A DNA stretch of 62,884 nucleotides, counting the filler. It is 4 parts of 4 records of this genome, joined end to end, with 100 filler letters (N's around TTAATTAATTAA, not from the genome) between each part and the next. Parts side by side here need not be neighbours in the genome. Positions count along the whole stretch, not along the records: positions 29,966 to 57,519 come from DRR723986_5823; positions 57,620 to 62,884 come from DRR723986_5974; 2 more parts are not named here. One strand, given 5' to 3'. Below are positions 55,361 to 62,884 of the stretch, in pieces; within the stretch, counting starts at the first letter, position 1, and the number at the start of each line of letters is the position of its first letter. Position numbers and translations under genes: made by a program. The notes beneath the pieces are model-generated. The model did no database searches. It was not told where the DNA came from and saw only the letters and a list, made by a program, of their open reading frames with translations.

Positions 55361-55781
55361 ATGTAATCTTCCTGTGGAATGTACATGATTAATACTGCCA
55401 GGCAATTCCAGAGCCATTCCAGGCAAATAGTTGAAGTGCACGATTTAACTATTCGTTTAAGCTCTCGGATCGAAAGCCTGGAACATACTCCACCCATTCG
55501 CCGGTCGTATTAAGGGGGACGGGCGTGACTTGTAGGGATGAATTGTCGACTTGGTGGCTGTCCGCAGTCCGGGCAGTGTTGGACCTTGGGCAGCCGTGAT
55601 TTTTAATAAAGTGATATGCGCTACGTTAACGCGGCCGTTTCAAACGCCAATATTGTTAAGTCGCAGGCGTAACGGGAAACCAAAATTTTGCTTGAATGGA
55701 AATTGATTCCTGGCTTTTTAATACTATTTAGGCCTATTTTTCACCAAATTCGCTGTTTTTACCACGAGCCGACTTGAAACG

Positions 55782-57350
55782 ATGAGAAGAAATTCACGCG
55801 ATCTATTTGAATTGATTTCGAAGTTATCCCCCGCCGAAAAACGTGCTATTTCCCGCGCAGCAGCTGCTTCGGGCGGAAACAAGCTCAGTAAATACGGGAT
55901 ATTGTTCGATGAAATTGCCGCGCTACGTGAGTACGACGAAGAGGCGGTTCAGCGCTGCGCACGCGCAAATGACATTCACGATTTACCGGGTTCCAAGCGT
56001 TATCTCTATAATTTAATTTTAGATCAGATGACCAAAAAATTCTGGAACAACACAACAACCGGCAAGTTGCGTACTATGATCGGCCATGCCGTTACGCTTT
56101 TTAACAGGGGATTATACACACAGACACGCACCATTCTTGACAAAGCTCGTGGGATCGCGGAGAAGTCCGAAAATTATGAGGCACTTCTCCAGATTGAAGC
56201 CAATGAAATTCGCCTGCGCATGCATACGGGCGTGCCGGCACTTACAGCCGATTCGGTCGACGAGGGATACAATGCGCTCCTGGGTGTACTTGATCGCTTT
56301 AAGGAGGCCACTCAATTGGAACATTTGTCCAGCCGAATGTATGTTATCGAAATGAATGCCGGGCGCATTCGTGATGCGGAGGTGGCGCAGGAAGCCGAAG
56401 AGTTAATGCAAAGTCAGGTTCTGCAGCGTTCGCGCGAAAGTGATTCACCAGTTATACAGTTCGAGTGGCATGATTTGCATTTACGCTATTACCGTTTGCA
56501 CTCCGACTGCCAACGCACTTATTATCATTCACTCGCCAAAATAAAAGTCCTCGAACAACATCCCGCATTTACCGATGACAACATGCACATTAGCGTATTT
56601 GCTTACGGACATTATTTGATGGAGTGTGTTAAATCTGGACGTTGGGCCGAGTTTGAGCACTATCGCAGTCAATTGCTTTCGTTTAAAACTCGTTATCCAG
56701 ACAAGTTAAGTACTATTAACGAAATCGAAACCTACATGGCCATTTGGGGGGCGATCCATCGCGCCAATCCCCGGGAGTTAACACTGTCCATTGACATAGC
56801 TGTGCAATGGTTAAAGAGTGACGATGACAGCCCTGAGCTTTCTTCGATTATTGGCGTATTATACGGCCTGGTCTACGGCGCAATTATGCTTGAGGACTAC
56901 GGTACGGCATTGGAATGGGCCGGTAAGGTGCTTAACCACCCGCAGTTGGATCAGGTTGGTGATGTGGAGGTATATGTACGTGTGATGAACCTCCTGATTC
57001 ACTACGAATTGGGCAACACCGAAGTACTGGAACATCAGCTACGCTCCACGTTCCGCTTCTTGCAACGGCGTGAACGCATGTACCAGGTTGAGTCGGCCTT
57101 ATTGCGTTTTATACGCCAGCTCCCACGTGCGATTGACTCCACAGTTTTACGTGAACACTTTGTTGATTTGCGCGCTGAACTCCACAGTTTAAGTAAGGAC
57201 CCAATGGAGCGCGCCGCTCTCGACTATTTTGCATTTGACAGTTGGTTAACAAGTAAAATCGAAGGCCGTAAGTTTATTGACGTCTGGCGCGAGGAACGTC
57301 ACGGAGTCTGGCAGGATATTCGCCGTGAGGAGCTTGTTGATGAGGGCTGA
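55782..57350 (+). CDS. Uncharacterised all-helical TPR-like protein (Bacteroidota LFxLIxxLSxxEKR family)
   Basis: DLFELISKLSPAEKR, KYGILFD, KRYLYNLIL, LFNRGLY, RVMNLLIHYELGN, YFAFDSWLTSKI. Confidence 0.8.
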   Translation: MRRNSRDLFELISKLSPAEKRAISRAAAASGGNKLSKYGILFDEIAALREYDEEAVQRCARANDIHDLPGSKRYLYNLILDQMTKKFWNNTTTGKLRTMIGHAVTLFNRGLYTQTRTILDKARGIAEKSENYEALLQIEANEIRLRMHTGVPALTADSVDEGYNALLGVLDRFKEATQLEHLSSRMYVIEMNAGRIRDAEVAQEAEELMQSQVLQRSRESDSPVIQFEWHDLHLRYYRLHSDCQRTYYHSLAKIKVLEQHPAFTDDNMHISVFAYGHYLMECVKSGRWAEFEHYRSQLLSFKTRYPDKLSTINEIETYMAIWGAIHRANPRELTLSIDIAVQWLKSDDDSPELSSIIGVLYGLVYGAIMLEDYGTALEWAGKVLNHPQLDQVGDVEVYVRVMNLLIHYELGNTEVLEHQLRSTFRFLQRRERMYQVESALLRFIRQLPRAIDSTVLREHFVDLRAELHSLSKDPMERAALDYFAFDSWLTSKIEGRKFIDVWREERHGVWQDIRREELVDEG

Positions 57351-57488
57351 CACTTTCTGATTCCGGTTTAATTGTGGCCGCTGAACCGGATGTTTAAAGG
57401 GGTTTTATCTGCATATATGTTAAGTCTTGGTTTTCTGGTCGTGGTATGTTGTTGCCAATTGTAATTGCAGGCTTGTCAAATTCGGGCA

Positions 57489-57519
57489 GATTGCAGCGCT
57501 TCTTCGCTATTCGCTTGCA
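57489..57519 (+). repeat. Dispersed hairpin repeat, truncated or variant copy H at contig end
   Basis: GATTGCAGCGC...GCTTGC; the contig ends here. Confidence 0.45.
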
Positions 57520-57619
57520 NNNNNNNNNNNNNNNNNNNNNNNNNNNNNNNNNNNNNNNNNNNNTTAATTAATTAANNNNNNNNNNNNNNNNNNNNNNNNN
57601 NNNNNNNNNNNNNNNNNNN
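57520..57619. other. Artificial contig linker
   Basis: N44-TTAATTAATTAA-N44. Confidence 0.99.
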
Positions 57620-58280
57620 CACCCGCGCCGTGCTGCCCTATGATCAACGTCTGGCGCTGCTGCCCAGCTATCTGCAACAGCTTGAGATGGAATCAAACGG
57701 CAAGTCCACCCTGCTGGACGGCTCAGACCCCGAGCGCCACAGCGGCCCCGTCGTCTGGGGCGCAGCAGGCACCAATGGCCAACACGCCTTTTACCAGCTC
57801 ATCCATCAAGGCACCCGCGTCATTCCTTGCGAATTTATGGTCGCCTCCAATGGGCATGAGCCGGATCTGGCCCATCACCACCAACTGCTGATCGCCAATT
57901 GCCTCGCGCAATCCGAAGCCTTGATGCGTGGCCGGTCCCTCACCGAAGCGCGCAAATTGATGAAAGCCAAGGGCTTCGAAGGCACTGAACTGGAACGCCA
58001 GGCCCGCCACCGGGTCTTTCCCGGCAACCGCCCCTCCACAACGCTGGTTTATGACCGGCTGGATCCGTTCACCCTTGGCCAGATCATCGCGCTTTATGAG
58101 CACCGCGTCTTTGTCGAAGGCGTGATCCTCGGCATCAACTCCTTTGACCAATGGGGGGTCGAGCTGGGCAAGGAACTGGCCACCTCGCTGCAACCGCTTG
58201 TCGAAGGAGAGGCACCATCCACAGGCAAGGACGGATCAACCGCCGCGCTGCTGGATTATATCCTCAACCGGCGCAGCTAA
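57620..58280 (+). CDS. pgi: Glucose-6-phosphate isomerase (5'-truncated by contig edge)
   Basis: [38 protein letters not shown]. Confidence 0.97.
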
Positions 58281-58284
58281 ACTG

Positions 58285-58334
58285 CTTCATTTGGCCAGAA
58301 AACCTCCGGGGAGTTTGAGGGGCAGCGCCCCTCA
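58285..58334. repeat. Rhodobacteraceae-type REP-like element / terminator
   Basis: CTTCATTTGGCCAGAAAACCTCCGGGGAGTT-TGAGGGGC-AGC-GCCCCTCA between convergent pgi and GNAT genes; family assignment from recall. Confidence 0.55.
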
Positions 58335-58389
58335 TTCCCAAAAATAAATCGAATGCGGCGCAGCCGCGCCTGTCAGCACCCCAAGACTG

Positions 58390-58842
58390 TCATGCGCCTG
58401 TGGCCATGTCATAGGTGATCCACATTGTGCGCGTTGCCAGTTGATCATAAACGCCGCGCCCGCGGTAATTGTCATCCGCCGTGATCCAGCGCACCACGGT
58501 CCAGCCGTTTTGCTGCGCGATATCGCCCACACCCTTGATCAAAGCCTGCGCCGCGCCGCTACCGCGTGCGGCGGGATCGACATAAAGATCGTCAAGAAAA
58601 CACTTCACCGCAGCGCTCAACGGGCTGGCAAAGGGTCTAAAGTGGGTCAAACCGATCACCGTTCCCTCGCCATCCAGCGCCAGCAACCCGTTCACCTCAT
58701 GGGTGTCATCCATCAGCCAGCCAAACACGCGATCACGCATCTCGGCGGTCTGCTCCACCTTATAGAATTGCGCATATCCGGCATAAAGACGATCCCAATC
58801 GGCGCGGTCTTGGGCGGTCACGGGGCGGATGGTTACAGTCAT
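58390..58842 (-). CDS. GNAT family N-acetyltransferase
   Basis: Start MTVTIRP with AAAGGA RBS; FLDDLYVDPAARGSG, WITADDNYRGRGVYD. Confidence 0.92.
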   Translation of the reverse strand: MTVTIRPVTAQDRADWDRLYAGYAQFYKVEQTAEMRDRVFGWLMDDTHEVNGLLALDGEGTVIGLTHFRPFASPLSAAVKCFLDDLYVDPAARGSGAAQALIKGVGDIAQQNGWTVVRWITADDNYRGRGVYDQLATRTMWITYDMATGA

Positions 58843-59058
58843 GGCGTTTCCTTTGAATGTGGCGGCGGCAGGGGTTGGGGCTACCTCTACACAGATGCAC
58901 GTTCTGGGCAAGATCACCGGGCCTAGGCGCGGCCTTTAATCGGTGCGCTGGTAACGCCTTATGACATAACGTCATTTCACCGCTGGCGCAGTGACCGCGC
59001 TTGCAAGAACGGGGCAGATTGTCCAATCTGACCCGAAAGTTCACGGAGGAGAACCCGA

Positions 59059-60678
59059 ATGCTTGGTCAAATGATGTCCAAACCCCTGCTGATTTCCAGC
59101 CTGATCGAACACGCCGAACGCTATCACGCCGAAGCGCAGATCCATTCGGTCAACACCGGCGGCGGCATCGAGGAAACCAGCTGGGGACAGGTGGCTCGAA
59201 ACGCCCGCGCCATGGCATCGGCACTGACCGCATTGGGGTTGGAGCCGCAAGCCCGTTGCGGCACCATCGCATGGAACAACCGCCGCCATCTTGAGCTGTA
59301 TTTTGGTGTCTCGGGCGGCGGCTTTGTGTGCCACACGATCAATCCGCGCCTGTTCCCCGAACAACTTGTCTACATCCTCAACCATGCTGAGGACAAAGTG
59401 TTGTTCATCGACAAAACCTTTGTGCCTCTGGTGGCTGCAATCCGCGACAAGCTGGAGCATCTTGACCACATCGTTCTGATGGAAGGCCACGACGCCGAAG
59501 CCGAGAAAGCCTTGCCGGGCCTGAAATTCTACGACGATCTGGTGGCCTCTGGTGATCCGGCATTCCCATGGCCGGAACTGGATGAAAACACCGCCTCAAG
59601 CCTTTGTTATACATCGGGAACCACGGGCAATCCCAAGGGGGTTCTATACTCCCACCGCTCTACAGTGCTGCACAGCTTTGCGGTGAACTTTGCCGACAGC
59701 ATCTCCTTCTCCGCCGCTGACATCGTGTTGCCTGTGGTGCCGATGTTCCATGTGAACGCATGGGGCGCGCCCTATGCCTGTGCGCAGGTCGGTGCACGTA
59801 TGGTGATGCCGGGGCCGGGCCTTGATGGGCCTTCGCTATTGGGGCTCATCGAAAACCAGAACGTCACCGTGGCTTTGGGCGTGCCAACGATTTGGCTGGG
59901 CCTTTACGGCGAGGCGAAAAAGACCGGCGCCAAGATGGCCAGTTTGCAGCGCACCGTTGTGGGCGGTTCGGCCTGTCCGCCATCGCTGATCACCGCCTTC
60001 CGCGAGGAATACAACGTCGACACCATCCATGCCTGGGGCATGACAGAAATGTCACCCATCGGTTCGGTGAACCGCCCCTTGGCCAAACACGGCGATTTGC
60101 CACTGGAGGAGCAGCACAAGTTGCGCGAAAATCAGGGCCGTCCTGTGTACGGGGTGGAGTTGGAGATCCTCGACGAGAACGGTGCGCCGTTGCCCCATGA
60201 TGGTGAAACCCAGGGCGATCTGGTGACACGCGGCTATTGGATTGTGGACAGCTACTTCCGGTCAAGTACCGAAGAAACCCTTGAGAACGGTTGGTTCCAC
60301 ACCGGCGACGTGGCAACGATGGACGCAGACGGCTATGTGACGATCCGTGACCGGTCCAAGGACATCATCAAATCGGGCGGTGAATGGATCAGCTCGGTCG
60401 AGCTGGAGAATATCGCCATTGCCCACCCCGATCTGGCAGATGCGGCCGTGATTGGCGCGGCCCATGAAAAATGGGACGAACGGCCCATTCTGATCGCAGT
60501 CAAGGCCGAAGGCGCCGATCCGGCAGAGGCCGATGTTCTGGCGTTTTTTGACGGCAAGATTGCCAAATGGCAGGTGCCGGACCGCGTTGTCTTTACCGAT
60601 GTTCTGCCGCGCAATGCGACGGGCAAGGTGCTCAAACGCAATCTGCGCGACGAGTTTGGCAAGATCCTGCTGGGTTGA
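59059..60678 (+). CDS. dmdB: Fatty-acid--CoA ligase, 3-(methylthio)propionyl-CoA ligase (DmdB)-like
   Basis: YTSGTTGNPKG, PMFHVNAWG, AWGMTE, DRSKDIIKSGGEWISS; MLGQMM...LLISSLI N-terminus typical of DmdB/AlkK. CoA ligase is certain; DmdB orthology is inferred. Confidence 0.75.
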   Translation: MLGQMMSKPLLISSLIEHAERYHAEAQIHSVNTGGGIEETSWGQVARNARAMASALTALGLEPQARCGTIAWNNRRHLELYFGVSGGGFVCHTINPRLFPEQLVYILNHAEDKVLFIDKTFVPLVAAIRDKLEHLDHIVLMEGHDAEAEKALPGLKFYDDLVASGDPAFPWPELDENTASSLCYTSGTTGNPKGVLYSHRSTVLHSFAVNFADSISFSAADIVLPVVPMFHVNAWGAPYACAQVGARMVMPGPGLDGPSLLGLIENQNVTVALGVPTIWLGLYGEAKKTGAKMASLQRTVVGGSACPPSLITAFREEYNVDTIHAWGMTEMSPIGSVNRPLAKHGDLPLEEQHKLRENQGRPVYGVELEILDENGAPLPHDGETQGDLVTRGYWIVDSYFRSSTEETLENGWFHTGDVATMDADGYVTIRDRSKDIIKSGGEWISSVELENIAIAHPDLADAAVIGAAHEKWDERPILIAVKAEGADPAEADVLAFFDGKIAKWQVPDRVVFTDVLPRNATGKVLKRNLRDEFGKILLG

Positions 60679-60683
60679 TCTGA

Positions 60684-60938
60684 TCAGGCTTTCCAGCGAT
60701 CCAAACGGGGAATGCCGCGTGTGAACATCCACGCCATCACCTTCGGCATGCCCGACCGCATCAATGCCTCGACGCAGTGCTGCTGAAACTCCTTCACGCC
60801 GACATCAGGGTGCCGAAAGGCGCCCTGATCGTAACAGATGGAACAATAGGTCTGGCTTTTGCTGCCGTCAGCCTCCATTCCGCCGCCCTGCGGATCTTTG
60901 GACAGTGGCATCCCGCAGCTTTGGCAACTTCCTGACAT
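60684..60938 (-). CDS. Stand-alone zinc-ribbon domain protein (Zn_ribbon_2-like)
   Basis: Start MSGS; CQSCGMP...YCSICY...IPRLDRWK; GGGAG RBS. Confidence 0.85.
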   Translation of the reverse strand: MSGSCQSCGMPLSKDPQGGGMEADGSKSQTYCSICYDQGAFRHPDVGVKEFQQHCVEALMRSGMPKVMAWMFTRGIPRLDRWKA

Positions 60939-60983
60939 GGTTTTCTCCCTCGTTCTCTTGCGTGACTGCTGGGATGATTGTAT

Positions 60984-61009
60984 AAACCATGGACCACTGT
61001 CAATGGTTT
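60984..61009. promoter_or_regulatory. Putative MerR operator overlapping a -35 box
   Basis: Dyad AAACCATGGAC-CACT-GTCAATGGTTT (11-4-11, one mismatch) containing TTGACA on the minus strand, between divergent merR and zinc-ribbon genes. Confidence 0.65.
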
Positions 61010-61019
61010 TGAGGGAAAG

Positions 61020-61415
61020 ATGCGCATCGGAGAATTGGCCAAACGGGCAAAACTGTCCCGCGATACGATCCGTTTTTATGAACGCCACGGTTTGATCCGC
61101 TCGGACGTCGATCCTGAGGCGGGCAACAGTTACCGGATCTATCCCGAAGACGCGGTCCTGACGTTGGATGTGATCCGCGATGCCCAGGCCGCAGGGCTCA
61201 GCATTGCCGATATCAGCATGTTTTTGGCGCAGTTTATGGCCCAATCGCCCGAGGCAGAGGCCGGGCAGGGGTTTCTGGAAGCCAAGATCGCCGAAGTGCG
61301 CGCCCGCCAAGAGGCAGGCGCACGGTTCTTGCAGATGTTGGAGCAAACCAAAGCCGCGCTGGACCGCGCCCCTCAAGATGGTCTGGATGAAGTGAGCCGC
61401 CGCGGCGAAGCTTGA
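61020..61415 (+). CDS. MerR family transcriptional regulator
   Basis: MRIGELAKRAKLSRDTIRFYERHGLI, NSYRIY, GLSIADI. Confidence 0.93.
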   Translation: MRIGELAKRAKLSRDTIRFYERHGLIRSDVDPEAGNSYRIYPEDAVLTLDVIRDAQAAGLSIADISMFLAQFMAQSPEAEAGQGFLEAKIAEVRARQEAGARFLQMLEQTKAALDRAPQDGLDEVSRRGEA

Positions 61416-61799
61416 TCAATCCCCGGCGGTTTCACGCCCCTTGGCAAACTGCTGCATCTGCGCAAAGGGCGGCAACCATCCTGCGCGGCGCTTGCACCAC
61501 AGCTCATAGCTTGGGGTAAACTGATCCGGTGCATCCATCGCACCCAAATGCAGCTCGATCTCATCACCGCTGCGGGCAAAGACGGACGATCCACAGTTGG
61601 GGCAGAAATGCCGCCCGTTGTAGTCACCGGTCTCCCCCGCGATCTGCACTGAGGCCACAGGAAAAACCGCCGCCGCATAGAACAGCGCCCCGTGATGTTT
61701 GCGGCAATCCATACAATGGCAAATCCCGACCCGTGCAGGCGGCCCCATCGCCACAAAGCTGACCTTTTTGCAGGCACATCCGCCGGTGACATGATCCAT
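61416..61799 (-). CDS. GFA (CENP-V) family Zn-binding protein
   Basis: Start MDHV; GGCAC, CHCMDCRK, FCPNCGS. Confidence 0.9.
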   Translation of the reverse strand: MDHVTGGCACKKVSFVAMGPPARVGICHCMDCRKHHGALFYAAAVFPVASVQIAGETGDYNGRHFCPNCGSSVFARSGDEIELHLGAMDAPDQFTPSYELWCKRRAGWLPPFAQMQQFAKGRETAGD

Positions 61800-62065
61800 T
61801 TGATACTGTCCAATTCGAATGACAGGCACAGCATAGGTCAGGATCGGCTCAAAGGTCCATGCGCAGGCCACCGTTTTGGGACAGCAATAGTTATCTGAAT
61901 TGGGAGAGCACTGCAGGCTCAATCGTCTACTGCCACGAATGGTTGAGCGCCGATAGGCGGGAAGGCTGTGCAGCAAGGTCCTGGATGATCTAGGCCTTCT
62001 ACACCCGGCTCTCTTGCAATGCCCACCCGGTCATTCGCGCCCAATTAGATCAAATCAATCTCCAT

Positions 62066-62085
62066 TCTGATGTGATCTGATGTGA
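62066..62085. promoter_or_regulatory. 10-bp direct repeat, candidate operator
   Basis: TCTGATGTGA x2, about 220 nt upstream of the sugar-binding protein gene. Confidence 0.35.
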
Positions 62086-62303
62086 GTTGATCGCCGCTAA
62101 CATCAATACTTGCCTAAGGTCGGAACTTCGGAAGCCAACAAAGCCGTCAGCGTTACGAAGCTGAAAGCAAAAAAACGAATGGCTGATGACAGGTCTTGGA
62201 GCCGCTCTGAGGAGGCGCGCGCAACAAGATTCATGATTGATCAAATTGCGCGTCTCGCTGGCGTTACGCTCGCACTGCGCGGTAACATGAAGAGGAGAAT
62301 TTA

Positions 62304-62884
62304 ATGAAGAAAACAATTTTTGCGGGCTTGACTGCGGCTGGCCTCGCCCTTTCGGCCAATGCTGTTGTTGCAGAAACGTTCTTTTGGGTGTCGCATGGCT
62401 CTCCCGCCGATCCCGTTTGGACATATTACCTTGCAGGTGCAAAAGCTTGGGAAGAGGATACAGGCAACACCGTCAACACATCCTTTCACAATGGCGATGT
62501 GTCCTCCCAGCAGGAAGCCATTCGTGCTGCGATTGCGACGGGTGCAGCCGGGATCGCCACTTCGAGCCCCGACCCGGGGAGCCTGATCGAAGTCGCCAAA
62601 GAAGCAAACGCGGCTGGCATCCCGATCATCAATTTCAACACGCCGGATCCGGATGTTAGCTTTGATGCCTACGTTGGAGGCGATCTCGAAGTATATGGGC
62701 GGAACTGGGCACAGTATCTGGTCGACGAAAAGTTAGTGGAACCCGGTGACTTTGTTTGGATGCCTGTGGAGGTTCCTGGCGCAACTTATGGCGTCCTCGA
62801 AGAACGCGGCGCCGCGAGTGTTTTCGAACCGCTCGGGATCACTTGGGAAGTCACAGATGCGACGCTGGATCAAGGGGAAATCAT
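62304..62884 (+). CDS. Sugar ABC transporter substrate-binding protein (3'-truncated, absent from ORF track)
   Basis: GAGGAG RBS; hand translation MKKTIFAGLTAAGLALSANAVVA-ETFFWVSHGSPADPVW...AAGIPIINFN...AYVGGD (periplasmic binding fold); open to the window end. Confidence 0.88.
   Translation, partial: MKKTIFAGLTAAGLALSANAVVAETFFWVSHGSPADPVWTYYLAGAKAWEEDTGNTVNTSFHNGDVSSQQEAIRAAIATGAAGIATSSPDPGSLIEVAKEANAAGIPIINFNTPDPDVSFDAYVGGDLEVYGRNWAQYLVDEKLVEPGDFVWMPVEVPGATYGVLEERGAASVFEPLGITWEVTDATLDQGEI

Noticed and set aside
39393-57426. ATATATGTTAAGTC at 39393 and 57413 as dif/XerD sites
   Set aside because: Resembles a XerD arm, but no XerC arm lies 6 bp upstream at either site. More likely related to the general GTTAA enrichment.
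19871-57619. TTAATTAATTAA flanked by N runs (three times) as a biological repeat, and any gene linkage across them
   Set aside because: These are identical artificial 100-bp linkers joining contigs of different composition. They were excluded from the TTAA counts.
57620-58280. pgi as a pseudogene
   Set aside because: Truncated only by the contig edge; the reading frame is intact.
60684-61376. 230-aa ORF as a long zinc-ribbon fusion
   Set aside because: Its N-terminal part is the antisense of merR. The real start is the ATG at 60938 with its own RBS.
1-62884. rRNA, tRNA, prophage or intact transposase genes
   Set aside because: None recognised by eye. A tRNAscan/Rfam run would be needed to exclude small RNAs.

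Overview
The window is not one locus. It is four unrelated contigs joined by three artificial 100-bp spacers (N44-TTAATTAATTAA-N44 at 19871-19970, 29866-29965 and 57520-57619). Contig 1 (1-19870) is AT-rich and Flavobacteriales-like, with TAnnTTTG promoters. It is mostly housekeeping: dnaE with a fused DEDDh exonuclease, a peroxiredoxin, an orphan siaB-siaC pair followed by coaE and nnr, a rhomboid, MoxR, purB, TspO/ECF sigma/anti-sigma and beta-oxidation genes. Contig 2 (19971-29865, about 50% GC, probably alphaproteobacterial) is a group-4-capsule-like export locus (yjbE-yjbH-yjbF divergent from wzz, a giant SLBB/OPX gene and an extra barrel gene). Contig 3 (29966-57519, about 52% GC, FCB-group with T9SS-type C-termini) is the accessory-rich part. 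It holds a Cys-studded beta-helix protein, a DUF1800/DUF1501 pair, four diverged IPT/TIG lipoprotein paralogs divergent from a TPR-LuxR regulator, a secreted multicopper oxidase, a foreign AT-rich membrane gene, an S8 protease with four repeats and an orphan TPR protein. Contig 3 also shows two DNA-level signals its genes do not explain: strong over-representation of TTAA (mostly GTTAA/TTAAC), reminiscent of cyanobacterial HIP1, and a dispersed bulged-hairpin repeat family with a compensatory base change and hypervariable loops. Contig 4 (57620-62884, about 60% GC, Roseobacter-like) has the 3' end of pgi, a GNAT, a DmdB-like acyl-CoA ligase, a MerR/zinc-ribbon pair, a GFA protein and a truncated sugar-binding protein. 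Taxonomy, GC values and counts are by-eye or hand estimates; no searches were run.
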